From a bacterium (GTDB lineage Bacteria; Sysuimicrobiota; Sysuimicrobiia; Sysuimicrobiales; Humicultoraceae): a stretch of 33,733 nucleotides of DNA. Both the position numbers and the translations under genes were made by a program. Each line of letters starts with the position of its first letter. Positions within the stretch are counted from its first letter, which is position 1. The DNA lies in the NCBI GenBank assembly GCA_050694895.1, contig JBOGSE010000383.1, positions 1 to 33,733 on the forward strand, read 5' to 3'. Under the pieces are notes generated by a model, which made no database searches, was not told where the DNA came from, and saw nothing but the letters and a program-made list of their open reading frames with translations. Below, in pieces: positions 7,148 to 13,889 of this stretch.

Positions 7148-8782
7148 TCACGCCATGGGCATCGAACGAATCGTCCGGCCGACGGCCGCGCCGGCCAGGG
7201 CCACCGAGACGAACGTGATCAGCAGCAGCATCGTGGTCAGCGCCGCCGCGGCGCCCCAGATGTTGTTGCCGATCATGTTGAGAATCGCGAACGTGGCGAC
7301 GACGTGCCCGGGGGTGACCAGGAACACGACAATGCTGACGTTCGTGATGGCCCGGATGAACGACACCGTGAAGGCGCCAACGAACGCCCGCCGGAGCAGC
7401 GGCAGGTAGATGTCCACCAGGACGCGCAGGCCGCTCGCGCCGAGGTTCGTCGCGGCCTCCTCGATCGCCCGCTCGATCTGTTTCAGCGTGGCCACGGCCG
7501 CCTGGTAGCCCATCGGCAGGTGCCAGAAGGCCAGGGCGATCGCGAGGATCCAGATCGTCCCGACGAGCTCCAGCGGTGGACGGTTGAAGGCCAGCACGAA
7601 CCCGACGCCGACGAACACGCCGGGCAGCGCGCCCGGCAGCACGGCCAGAAAATCGAGCACCTGACGAAGCGGCAGGCTGCGCGACGTCAGGAACGCGATG
7701 ACCACGGCGACGACGCCGGTGATCACCCCGGCCAGCGCGGCGACCTGCACGCTCGTCCACAGCGTGGCCAGCCGGTCACTCGCCAGCAGCCAGTGCGAGG
7801 CCGTCAGCGACCAGTCGCGCCCCCACGACGCCGTGAACGCGCCCGCGATCACCCCCACGTAGACGAGAAGGATCAGGACGCTCATCAGCGCGCAGAACCC
7901 AAAGGCCCCCCACTTGAGCGCCGGGTGTGTCGGCGGCCGTTCGATGCGCGACCCTCGTCCCGTCACGGTCACATACGCGCGGCGGCTCACCCAGTAGCGC
8001 TCGAGCATGAACAGGAACGTCGTGGGCAGGATGAGCATGGCCACGACCAGGGCCGCGCCCTTGAGGTCCGCGAGCCCCTCCATCCGATACCACGCCTCGG
8101 TCGCCAGCAGCGGAAAACCGCCGGCGATCACCACGGCGTTGCCGAAGTCTGCCAGGACCGAGATCGCCACGACCAGCATCGCGCCCGCAATGCCGGGGCG
8201 GGCCAGCGCGAACGACACCGTACGCGCCACGGTCCACTCGTCCGCGCCCAGGTTGCGGGCCGCATGCTCCAGGCTCGGGTTCACGGCTTCCAGGACGCCG
8301 CTAATGATGAGCATCGCCAGGGGAAAGAACGCCACGGTCTGGACCAGCCACAGCCCGTGCCAGCCAAAAATATTGGCATCGAGTCCCAGCAGCGTTTTCG
8401 TGATGAGGCCCTGACGACCGAACATCAGGATGTAGGCGAACGCCACCATGAACGGGGGCGCAAACAGCGGCAGCACGGCGATGCTCCGGAACACCCGGCG
8501 CGCCGGGACATCCGGCCGGGTGATCGCGAAGGCGAAGACCAGCCCCGAGGCTGTGGCGGTCAGGGTAGAGATGACCATCATGACCAGGCTGTTGCGCGCT
8601 GCGAGGAGCCAGCGCGTGCTCGCGGGAATGGCCAGATAGTCGGCCAGGGTGGGATAGATGAGTACTCGGATCGTCGGGTAGAGGACAAACACGCCGAGCG
8701 TGACCGCGGCTGCTACGTAGGCGACGAGAACTCCTGGATCGACGCCGCGCGCCCGTACGTCGCCCCATCGGATGACGGCCAC
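7148..8782 (-). CDS. ABC transporter permease, fused two-domain type (FbpB/AfuB/ThiP-like), 544 aa
   Basis: Highly hydrophobic, roughly 12 predicted TM segments, two internal repeats of the binding-protein-dependent transport inner-membrane component, GTG start. This length and architecture are typical of the iron(III)/thiamine/Afu permease family. Confidence 0.9.
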   Translation of the reverse strand: MAVIRWGDVRARGVDPGVLVAYVAAAVTLGVFVLYPTIRVLIYPTLADYLAIPASTRWLLAARNSLVMMVISTLTATASGLVFAFAITRPDVPARRVFRSIAVLPLFAPPFMVAFAYILMFGRQGLITKTLLGLDANIFGWHGLWLVQTVAFFPLAMLIISGVLEAVNPSLEHAARNLGADEWTVARTVSFALARPGIAGAMLVVAISVLADFGNAVVIAGGFPLLATEAWYRMEGLADLKGAALVVAMLILPTTFLFMLERYWVSRRAYVTVTGRGSRIERPPTHPALKWGAFGFCALMSVLILLVYVGVIAGAFTASWGRDWSLTASHWLLASDRLATLWTSVQVAALAGVITGVVAVVIAFLTSRSLPLRQVLDFLAVLPGALPGVFVGVGFVLAFNRPPLELVGTIWILAIALAFWHLPMGYQAAVATLKQIERAIEEAATNLGASGLRVLVDIYLPLLRRAFVGAFTVSFIRAITNVSIVVFLVTPGHVVATFAILNMIGNNIWGAAAALTTMLLLITFVSVALAGAAVGRTIRSMPMA

Positions 8783-8818
8783 AGGCTACTACCGTGGAAC
8801 GAGTGCCAGATGCAGGGA

Positions 8819-8850
8819 GCGGCCCGGCTTCACGAGGAAGTCCGGGCCGC
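8819..8850 (-). promoter_or_regulatory. Strong intercistronic stem-loop between the SBP and permease genes
   Basis: GCGGCCCGGCTTC-acgag-GAAGtCCGGGCCGC forms 13 bp with one bulged base and is GC-rich. No U-tract follows on the sense (minus) strand, so it is more likely an mRNA stabiliser or partial attenuator than a full terminator. Confidence 0.5.
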
Positions 8851-8875
8851 TACGTTCAGAATCGCCCGCGCCGTC

Positions 8876-9895
8876 CTAGCGGCGGATCTCACGGGTCCAG
8901 CGCTCGCGCACCCGCGTCTGGTTGTCGATCGCCCACGCGCGGTCGTACTTGACGAACTTCAGCGCCTCGAACGGCGTCGCACCCATCGGCACGGGAACAT
9001 CCGCCCGCACAGGGTAGCGGAACCCGAACTTACCGTTGATGTCCTGCGGCGTCTTGCTCATCAGAAAGTCAACGTAGGCGCGGGCACCGTCGGGGTTCGG
9101 GGCGCCTTTGAGGATCGAGACCGCGCCGATCTCGAAAGCCGTGTCGGGCGGCACGATCGTCTCGAGCGGCTGCTGCGCCGCCAGCCGGGCGCCGATGCCT
9201 TCGTGCGCCCACATCATGCCCACGACACCCTCGCCCCGCGCGAGCAACGTGATCGTCCCCGGCGCGGTCGGCGTGTACTGCGACGCGTTCGCATTGAGTG
9301 AGCGCAGATAGGCCCACGCCCGATCCTCGGTCAGCCGGAAGATCTGCGCCGCGACAAAGATATAGCCGCCGCCGGTCGTGATCGGGCTCGGCATGACGAA
9401 GTGCCCGCGGAACTCGGGCTTGAGCAGATCATCCCAGTTCGCCGGCTTGGCGATGCGTCGCGGCGCCATCTCGCGGTCCCACCGGTCGGTGTTGATGATG
9501 ATCCCAAGCGCGCCCAGGTACCAGCCGTGCCAGAACCCGTCGGGGTCCAGGTAGGCGGGGTTGATGCGCGCTTCTGCCGCCGCGGGTGATCTGTACGCCA
9601 GCAGCAGGCCTTCGCGCGCGAGCGGCGCGTGAAAGTCCGCTGAGCCGCCGACGAAGATGTCCGCACGCGGGCGGTCCTTCTCGGCGCGAATCCGGGCCGC
9701 GAGCGTCCCGGCCGCCGCGACGCTGAGCGCCTCAACCTGGATGCCGGTGCGCCTGGTGAACTCCCTGTGCACCAGTGTCGTCTCAAGATCCGGCAGGGCC
9801 GAATACACGACGATCCTCGCCGGCTGCGCCTGCGTGACAGTGGTCCCCGTCAGGACCAGCGCCAGCAGCACGATCCCGATCACCAGTCGCCTCAT
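8876..9895 (-). CDS. Periplasmic/extracellular ABC substrate-binding protein, FbpA/AfuA/ThiB-like (SBP_bac_6-type), 339 aa
   Basis: Sec signal MRRLVIGIVLLALVLTGTTVTQAQP, then the family-typical IVVYSA...DIFVGGSADF...GWYLGALGIIINTD... SD GAGGAGGAAG is upstream. Confidence 0.85.
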   Translation of the reverse strand: MRRLVIGIVLLALVLTGTTVTQAQPARIVVYSALPDLETTLVHREFTRRTGIQVEALSVAAAGTLAARIRAEKDRPRADIFVGGSADFHAPLAREGLLLAYRSPAAAEARINPAYLDPDGFWHGWYLGALGIIINTDRWDREMAPRRIAKPANWDDLLKPEFRGHFVMPSPITTGGGYIFVAAQIFRLTEDRAWAYLRSLNANASQYTPTAPGTITLLARGEGVVGMMWAHEGIGARLAAQQPLETIVPPDTAFEIGAVSILKGAPNPDGARAYVDFLMSKTPQDINGKFGFRYPVRADVPVPMGATPFEALKFVKYDRAWAIDNQTRVRERWTREIRR

Positions 9896-9966
9896 ACCGC
9901 TTCCTCCTCACGCGGAAACTCGTTCGCCATCGGTCGTTCTCGTTCGCTGACTTCCTCCACCTCCCT

Positions 9967-10809
9967 TCACAGACGTCGTGATGAATCGGCCTCCGCCGAC
10001 GCGTCACGCGCCGGCGTCAGGATGAACCGTTCGATCACATCCCGCAGCCCATCATCCTCGTTGCTCGGCGCGACAAATGCGGCCCGCGTGCGCAGCCCTT
10101 CGGGGGCGTTCGCCATTGCCACGCCAAGGCCAGCATACCGGATCATCGCCAGGTCATTGAGATTGTCGCCGACGGCGATGACCTCCTCCGGGGCGATGCT
10201 CAACCGCCGGGCCATGGCCTGTAGCGCCGTCCCCTTGTTGACCCCGGGCGGCAGGATCTCCAGGTAGTCATCTTGAGAGAAGACATGATTGACCTGGTAC
10301 GGCAGCCGGTCGATCTGCTCGGCGACGGCCGCCAGCGGCGCGCGATCGCCGATGATCAGGATTTTCATCGCATCGCCCGCAAGCCAGTCGGCCAGGTCGC
10401 CCACGGCCTCGGTGAGGATGCTGTCTTTGCTCTCATAGAGTGCCGTCGTCTCATTCATCACCGGGACATACACGCGGTCATCAACGTACAGGTGCGGCTG
10501 CACGGCGGGATGGTCCCGGACGATCCGCAGCACGTCCCTGGCTTGCTGCCGGGGGAGCGGTGTGTGGACCCAGGATTCATCACGGACGAAGTCGTAGACG
10601 ATCGCGCCGTTGCACACGATGACTGGGGGATTCGCCCCCACGCCCTCAACGAACTGTCGGGCGGAGGGCCAGATGCGACCGGTGGCCAGACAGACCCGCA
10701 CGCCGCGCGCCTGCGCGGCCGCGACCGCCTCGCGCACCGGCGGTGTGATCTCGCGCCGTCCATTGACCAGTGTGCCGTCGATGTCGGCAACGAGGAGGCG
10801 GTAGGTCAC
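9967..10809 (-). CDS. Cof-type HAD-IIB sugar-phosphate phosphatase, 280 aa
   Basis: LLVADIDGTLVNG (motif I), LATGR (motif II), ...LEILPPGVNKGTAL...GDNLNDLAMI (motifs III/IV). The GTG start overlaps the stop of the upstream VOC ORF (GTGA at 10806-10809). Confidence 0.85.
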   Translation of the reverse strand: MTYRLLVADIDGTLVNGRREITPPVREAVAAAQARGVRVCLATGRIWPSARQFVEGVGANPPVIVCNGAIVYDFVRDESWVHTPLPRQQARDVLRIVRDHPAVQPHLYVDDRVYVPVMNETTALYESKDSILTEAVGDLADWLAGDAMKILIIGDRAPLAAVAEQIDRLPYQVNHVFSQDDYLEILPPGVNKGTALQAMARRLSIAPEEVIAVGDNLNDLAMIRYAGLGVAMANAPEGLRTRAAFVAPSNEDDGLRDVIERFILTPARDASAEADSSRRL

Positions 10810-11027
10810 GATCCCATCTCACTCGCGATCTCCACGAGGACGCCATCGAGGTCGCGGACATATGCGACAATCTGGCCCCATGTCGCCCTGGTCTCTATCT
10901 CGGCGTACTGGCCGCTTTCGTGGACGAACCGCCGCGCGAGACCAAACGCGGCTTCATAGAACGAGACCACCTTCGCAACGTCCTTCACGTAGAGGATGAC
11001 GTACCCCAGTTTCATCGCGGCGTCCAT
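10806..11027 (-). CDS. VOC/glyoxalase-family protein, abnormally short (73 aa); looks like an in-frame internal deletion derivative
   Basis: MDAAMKLGYVILYVKDVAKVVSFYEAAFGLARRFVHESGQYAEIET | RATWGQIVAYVRDLDGVLVEIAS. The N-terminal beta-alpha-beta-beta segment and the C-terminal '(P)WGQ.vAYvrDpdG.lvEi' strand of a normal ~125-aa VOC protein are joined directly. About 50 residues appear to be missing. Confidence 0.6.
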   Translation of the reverse strand: MDAAMKLGYVILYVKDVAKVVSFYEAAFGLARRFVHESGQYAEIETRATWGQIVAYVRDLDGVLVEIASEMGS

Positions 11028-11118
11028 TTCAGGTTCCCAAGTTCGACCCCGGGCGAGCCTCCCCTACGCTCAGAGGGAACTGAGTGCTCTCCTGGAGACC
11101 GTAGAAGTTTCGGCTGTC

Positions 11119-11147
11119 TTGTTCTGACGGTGATAATCGTTATAACC
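11119..11147 (+). promoter_or_regulatory. Candidate promoter (TTGTTC-N16-TATAAC) with an overlapping imperfect inverted repeat GGTGATAA-tcg-TTATAACC upstream of the AbrB-MNT gene
   Basis: -35 at 11119-11124, -10 at 11141-11146, inverted repeat at 11129-11147 (7/8 arm complementarity). It is a local AT-rich patch in a 164-nt divergent intergenic region. Confidence 0.35.
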
Positions 11148-11191
11148 TTTCCCCCTGAATTGTGTACGAAAAGGCCGATGAGACAGGCAGG

Positions 11192-11659
11192 ATGATCCGG
11201 ACGCTTCGGGTGATCACCGTCATCGGCAACAGCATCGGGGTGACCCTGCCGCGCCATTTGCTGAGGACCCGCGGTCTTCGCCGAGGAACGCTCGTCGAGG
11301 TGCTACCGGCCAGTGCCGGCCTACTCGTCCGGCCAGCCCGGATCGTGTCGGCTGATCGTCGGCAGTTCGACAAACGAGCAGTGCTGGATGAACTGAAGAC
11401 AGGACTGACCCACATTTACGGCGTCCGGCTCAGGGGTGTCTATCTCTACGGCTCAGCCGCGCGCGACGTGCGACAATTCGCGCTTGACATCCGCGTACTC
11501 GTGGCGCTGGACAGCGTCCGAGATTACGGCGTTGAGATCCAACGAACGGGAGGTCTGATCTCGCGGCTCTCGCTGCAGCACGTGGTGAGCATCAGCCGCA
11601 TCTTCGCGTCGGCACGTGATTGGCAGAAACGTCGGCGCGACGAGATCGTGCCATTGTGA
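11192..11659 (+). CDS. AbrB/SpoVT-type DNA-binding domain fused to an MNT-type nucleotidyltransferase domain with a degenerate catalytic motif, 155 aa
   Basis: MIRTLRVITVIGNSIGVTLPRHLLRTRGLRRGTLVEVLPASAGLLVRP is an AbrB/MazE swapped-hairpin pattern. VYLYGSAARDVRQFALDIRVLVAL is the NTase motif hGSx10DhXh, with the second acidic residue replaced by Arg (DIR instead of DID/DVD). ATG at 11192 is preferred over the GTG at 11162. Confidence 0.75.
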   Translation: MIRTLRVITVIGNSIGVTLPRHLLRTRGLRRGTLVEVLPASAGLLVRPARIVSADRRQFDKRAVLDELKTGLTHIYGVRLRGVYLYGSAARDVRQFALDIRVLVALDSVRDYGVEIQRTGGLISRLSLQHVVSISRIFASARDWQKRRRDEIVPL

Positions 11660-12075
11660 AACGAGAGGCAGGCGCGCTGCTTGAGAAGGCATCTCGATCC
11701 GTCATCGCGGGCAAAGTCCTCCTACGCAGAGGCGATACGGACTTTGCCGCGGGTCGCGCGTATTACGCCATGTTCTATACGGCGAGCGCGCTATTGGTCG
11801 AACGAGGTTACAGGGCTAGGGGCCATGGAACGATCCAGCGCGCGTTTGGGAAATACTTCGTCAGGACGGGGGAATTCGATCCCTCGTTCCACCAGGGGTT
11901 GTTGGATGCCCACGACACACGACTTGCGGGCGACTTCAACGCCAACCTGCGCCTAGCCGCTGACGATGTGAGGGGCGCGATCCAGCAGGCACAGAAGTTC
12001 GTACTCGCAGCGCGCCAGTACCTGGCACGCGCGGCCCCACGCCGTCCCGCTTCATCCCGGCCCCGGCCGTCATGA
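11656..12075 (+). CDS. HEPN domain protein (PF05168-like), putative toxin partner of the upstream MNT, 139 aa
   Basis: VKREAGALLEKASRSVIAGKVLLRRGDTDFAAGRAYYAMFYTASALLVERGY...GHGTIQRAFGKYFVRTGEFD...RLAGDF...DDVRGAIQQAQKFV is the classic HEPN helix pattern. The GTG start overlaps the stop of the MNT gene (GTGA at 11656-11659). An in-frame ATG at 11620 is the alternative. Confidence 0.8.
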   Translation: MKREAGALLEKASRSVIAGKVLLRRGDTDFAAGRAYYAMFYTASALLVERGYRARGHGTIQRAFGKYFVRTGEFDPSFHQGLLDAHDTRLAGDFNANLRLAADDVRGAIQQAQKFVLAARQYLARAAPRRPASSRPRPS

Positions 12076-13062
12076 TGGGATATTCAAGGGCAGCGTGACC
12101 GGGTGCTCCGTCCGCACGGCGTGGTACGTGGCCTCGACGAGTTCGGTCGCCCGGTACCCGTCCTCCGCATCCACCGCGGGAGGCCGTTCACCCCGCGCGG
12201 CATCGATGAAGAGGCGGTCTTCTTCGACGTACCCCCATTTCTGCTCGAAGGGCATGTGGAAACAGTCGATCGCTTCGACCTGATCGCGCGTCCCAGGGGA
12301 AAACCAGGCGCGCTCGAGCTCCTCGGTCACCACGGTGCTGTGCGTCCCGTAAATCTCTACACGCTCGTACGGAAAGAGCCACGACGTATGCGCGACGCTT
12401 GTCACCGACGCCACCACGCCGCTTGCAAACGTGAAGAGCATGACGAAGCCGTCTGGCTCCTGATAGACGCTCTGGCGGGCCTGGCCGCTCACCGTCGCGA
12501 CATCACCGAAGAGAAATCGTCCCATATCGAACAGATGCACGGGTGTCTCGTACAGATACCCGCCGGTGACCGTTGGGTCGCCGGTCCACGGCGGCTGCTG
12601 TAACTCGCCGCGGTTGTGCTTCATCTGGGCCAGGCGTGGGACGAGCCGGCTGTCCCTGATGCGCTCCCTGGCAAAGCGGTACACATTGGCAAAGCGCCGG
12701 TTGAAGCCGACCTGGTAGACACCGCGGGCGCGTGTTGCAGCGTGACGGATTGTCCGCGCGCCGTCGAGGGACGTGGCCATCGGTTTCTCAGAGAAGACAT
12801 GCAGCCCCGCGGCGAGGGCCTCGGTCACGGGCTCGACATGCTGGGCGTTGGGAGTGCAGACGTAGACTGCCTGCGCGCCCGCGTCAATGAGCGCGGGGAG
12901 CGCATCGAGCGCCCGCGTGCCCACCTCGGCCGCCAGGCGCGATGCGGCCGCGGGAATCATGTCGGCGATGCCGACCAGCTCGACGCGTGGGTCACGCTTC
13001 AGGTTGAGGGCGTGAATCCTTCCGATGAACCCCGCGCCCAGCACACCGACCTTTACGCTCAC
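12070..13062 (-). CDS. Gfo/Idh/MocA-family NAD(P)-dependent oxidoreductase (inositol-dehydrogenase-like), 330 aa
   Basis: (V)SVKVGVLGAGFIGRIHALNL is a Rossmann motif, followed by ...EKPMATSL... The GTG at 13062 overlaps the stop of the upstream gene (GTGA at 13059-13062). The track start at 13119 adds a Gly/Ala/Arg junk extension. Confidence 0.85.
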   Translation of the reverse strand: MSVKVGVLGAGFIGRIHALNLKRDPRVELVGIADMIPAAASRLAAEVGTRALDALPALIDAGAQAVYVCTPNAQHVEPVTEALAAGLHVFSEKPMATSLDGARTIRHAATRARGVYQVGFNRRFANVYRFARERIRDSRLVPRLAQMKHNRGELQQPPWTGDPTVTGGYLYETPVHLFDMGRFLFGDVATVSGQARQSVYQEPDGFVMLFTFASGVVASVTSVAHTSWLFPYERVEIYGTHSTVVTEELERAWFSPGTRDQVEAIDCFHMPFEQKWGYVEEDRLFIDAARGERPPAVDAEDGYRATELVEATYHAVRTEHPVTLPLNIPS

Positions 13063-13889
13063 GCAACCACCCGCCGCATCCCTTCCAGCCCGCGCCGCGC
13101 CAGCACCACCGGATCCCATGCCCAGTATTCCGGCCGGAACAATTCGAGCGAGTACGCGCCCGTATAGCCGGCCGCCTGCAGCCGCGCAACCAGCCCCCGC
13201 AGGGGGATGATGCCCTCACCGGGCAGCAGTCGCTGCGCATCGGTCAGACCGGCCGGCTCGCCCGCAGGCGCGTCGTCGAGGTGAACGATGAAGACCCGGG
13301 ACGGATCAATGCCGTCCAGATCCTCGGGCTGGGATCCCCCGATGTAGAAGTGAAACGCGTCGATCACCAGTCCCACCCGCGGATCCCCCACGTCATCGAC
13401 GATGCCGCGCGCGGCGCGCAAGGTGCTGACCGAGCACGACGGGGATCCCAGGAACTCAAAGCCAAGGCGCACGCCGAACTCCGCCGCCCCGGCGATCAAC
13501 GCGCGCAGCGCGGCCGCGGAGCGTCGGCGCACCTCCGTCTCGGCGGGATGCGTGCCCGACCGAAAGACGCTCGGGACCGCCACCACGTAAGGGCAGTCCA
13601 AGGCCCGCGCCCACTCGCACAGCGTTCGGTGACGAGCCAAAACCTCTTCGAAACCCGCACGATCGCGCAATGTGGAGTCTTCGAGGGCGTTCACACTCAG
13701 CGCGGCCACGCCCTCCTGGCGCATGAGCGCGCGCAGCGAGCCCAGGCTGCCCCCGGAAGAGAGATGGCGGGCGATCTTGGTATCTCGCAGCTCTACGCAC
13801 TGATAGCCGGCTTGCGCGGCGGCCCGGATGTCGGTGGTCACGTCGATGTGCTCTCCGGTGGTGGCACCGTTGAGTCCAAACTGCGCCAC
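13059..13889 (-). CDS. Sugar phosphate isomerase/epimerase (xylose-isomerase-like TIM barrel), 276 aa
   Basis: GYQCVELRD..., ...GFEFLG..., VIDAFHFYIGGS..., FIVHLDDAP... are family-typical. The GTG start directly abuts the TAG of the upstream ADH gene. Confidence 0.8.
   Translation of the reverse strand: MAQFGLNGATTGEHIDVTTDIRAAAQAGYQCVELRDTKIARHLSSGGSLGSLRALMRQEGVAALSVNALEDSTLRDRAGFEEVLARHRTLCEWARALDCPYVVAVPSVFRSGTHPAETEVRRRSAAALRALIAGAAEFGVRLGFEFLGSPSCSVSTLRAARGIVDDVGDPRVGLVIDAFHFYIGGSQPEDLDGIDPSRVFIVHLDDAPAGEPAGLTDAQRLLPGEGIIPLRGLVARLQAAGYTGAYSLELFRPEYWAWDPVVLARRGLEGMRRVVA

Noticed and set aside
7304-9301. Very long plus-strand ORF (665 aa) antisense to the permease and SBP genes. Similar long antisense ORFs occur at 2931-3905 (324 aa), 3914-4903 (329 aa), 13281-15125 (614 aa), 19304-20308 (334 aa), 22192-23094 (300 aa) and 27374-28615 (413 aa).
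   Set aside because: Their translations are Arg/Gly/Pro/Asp/His-rich and low-complexity, with no recognisable motifs. Each lies exactly opposite a gene that has clear family signatures. Stop-free antisense frames are expected in DNA with high GC and high GC3.
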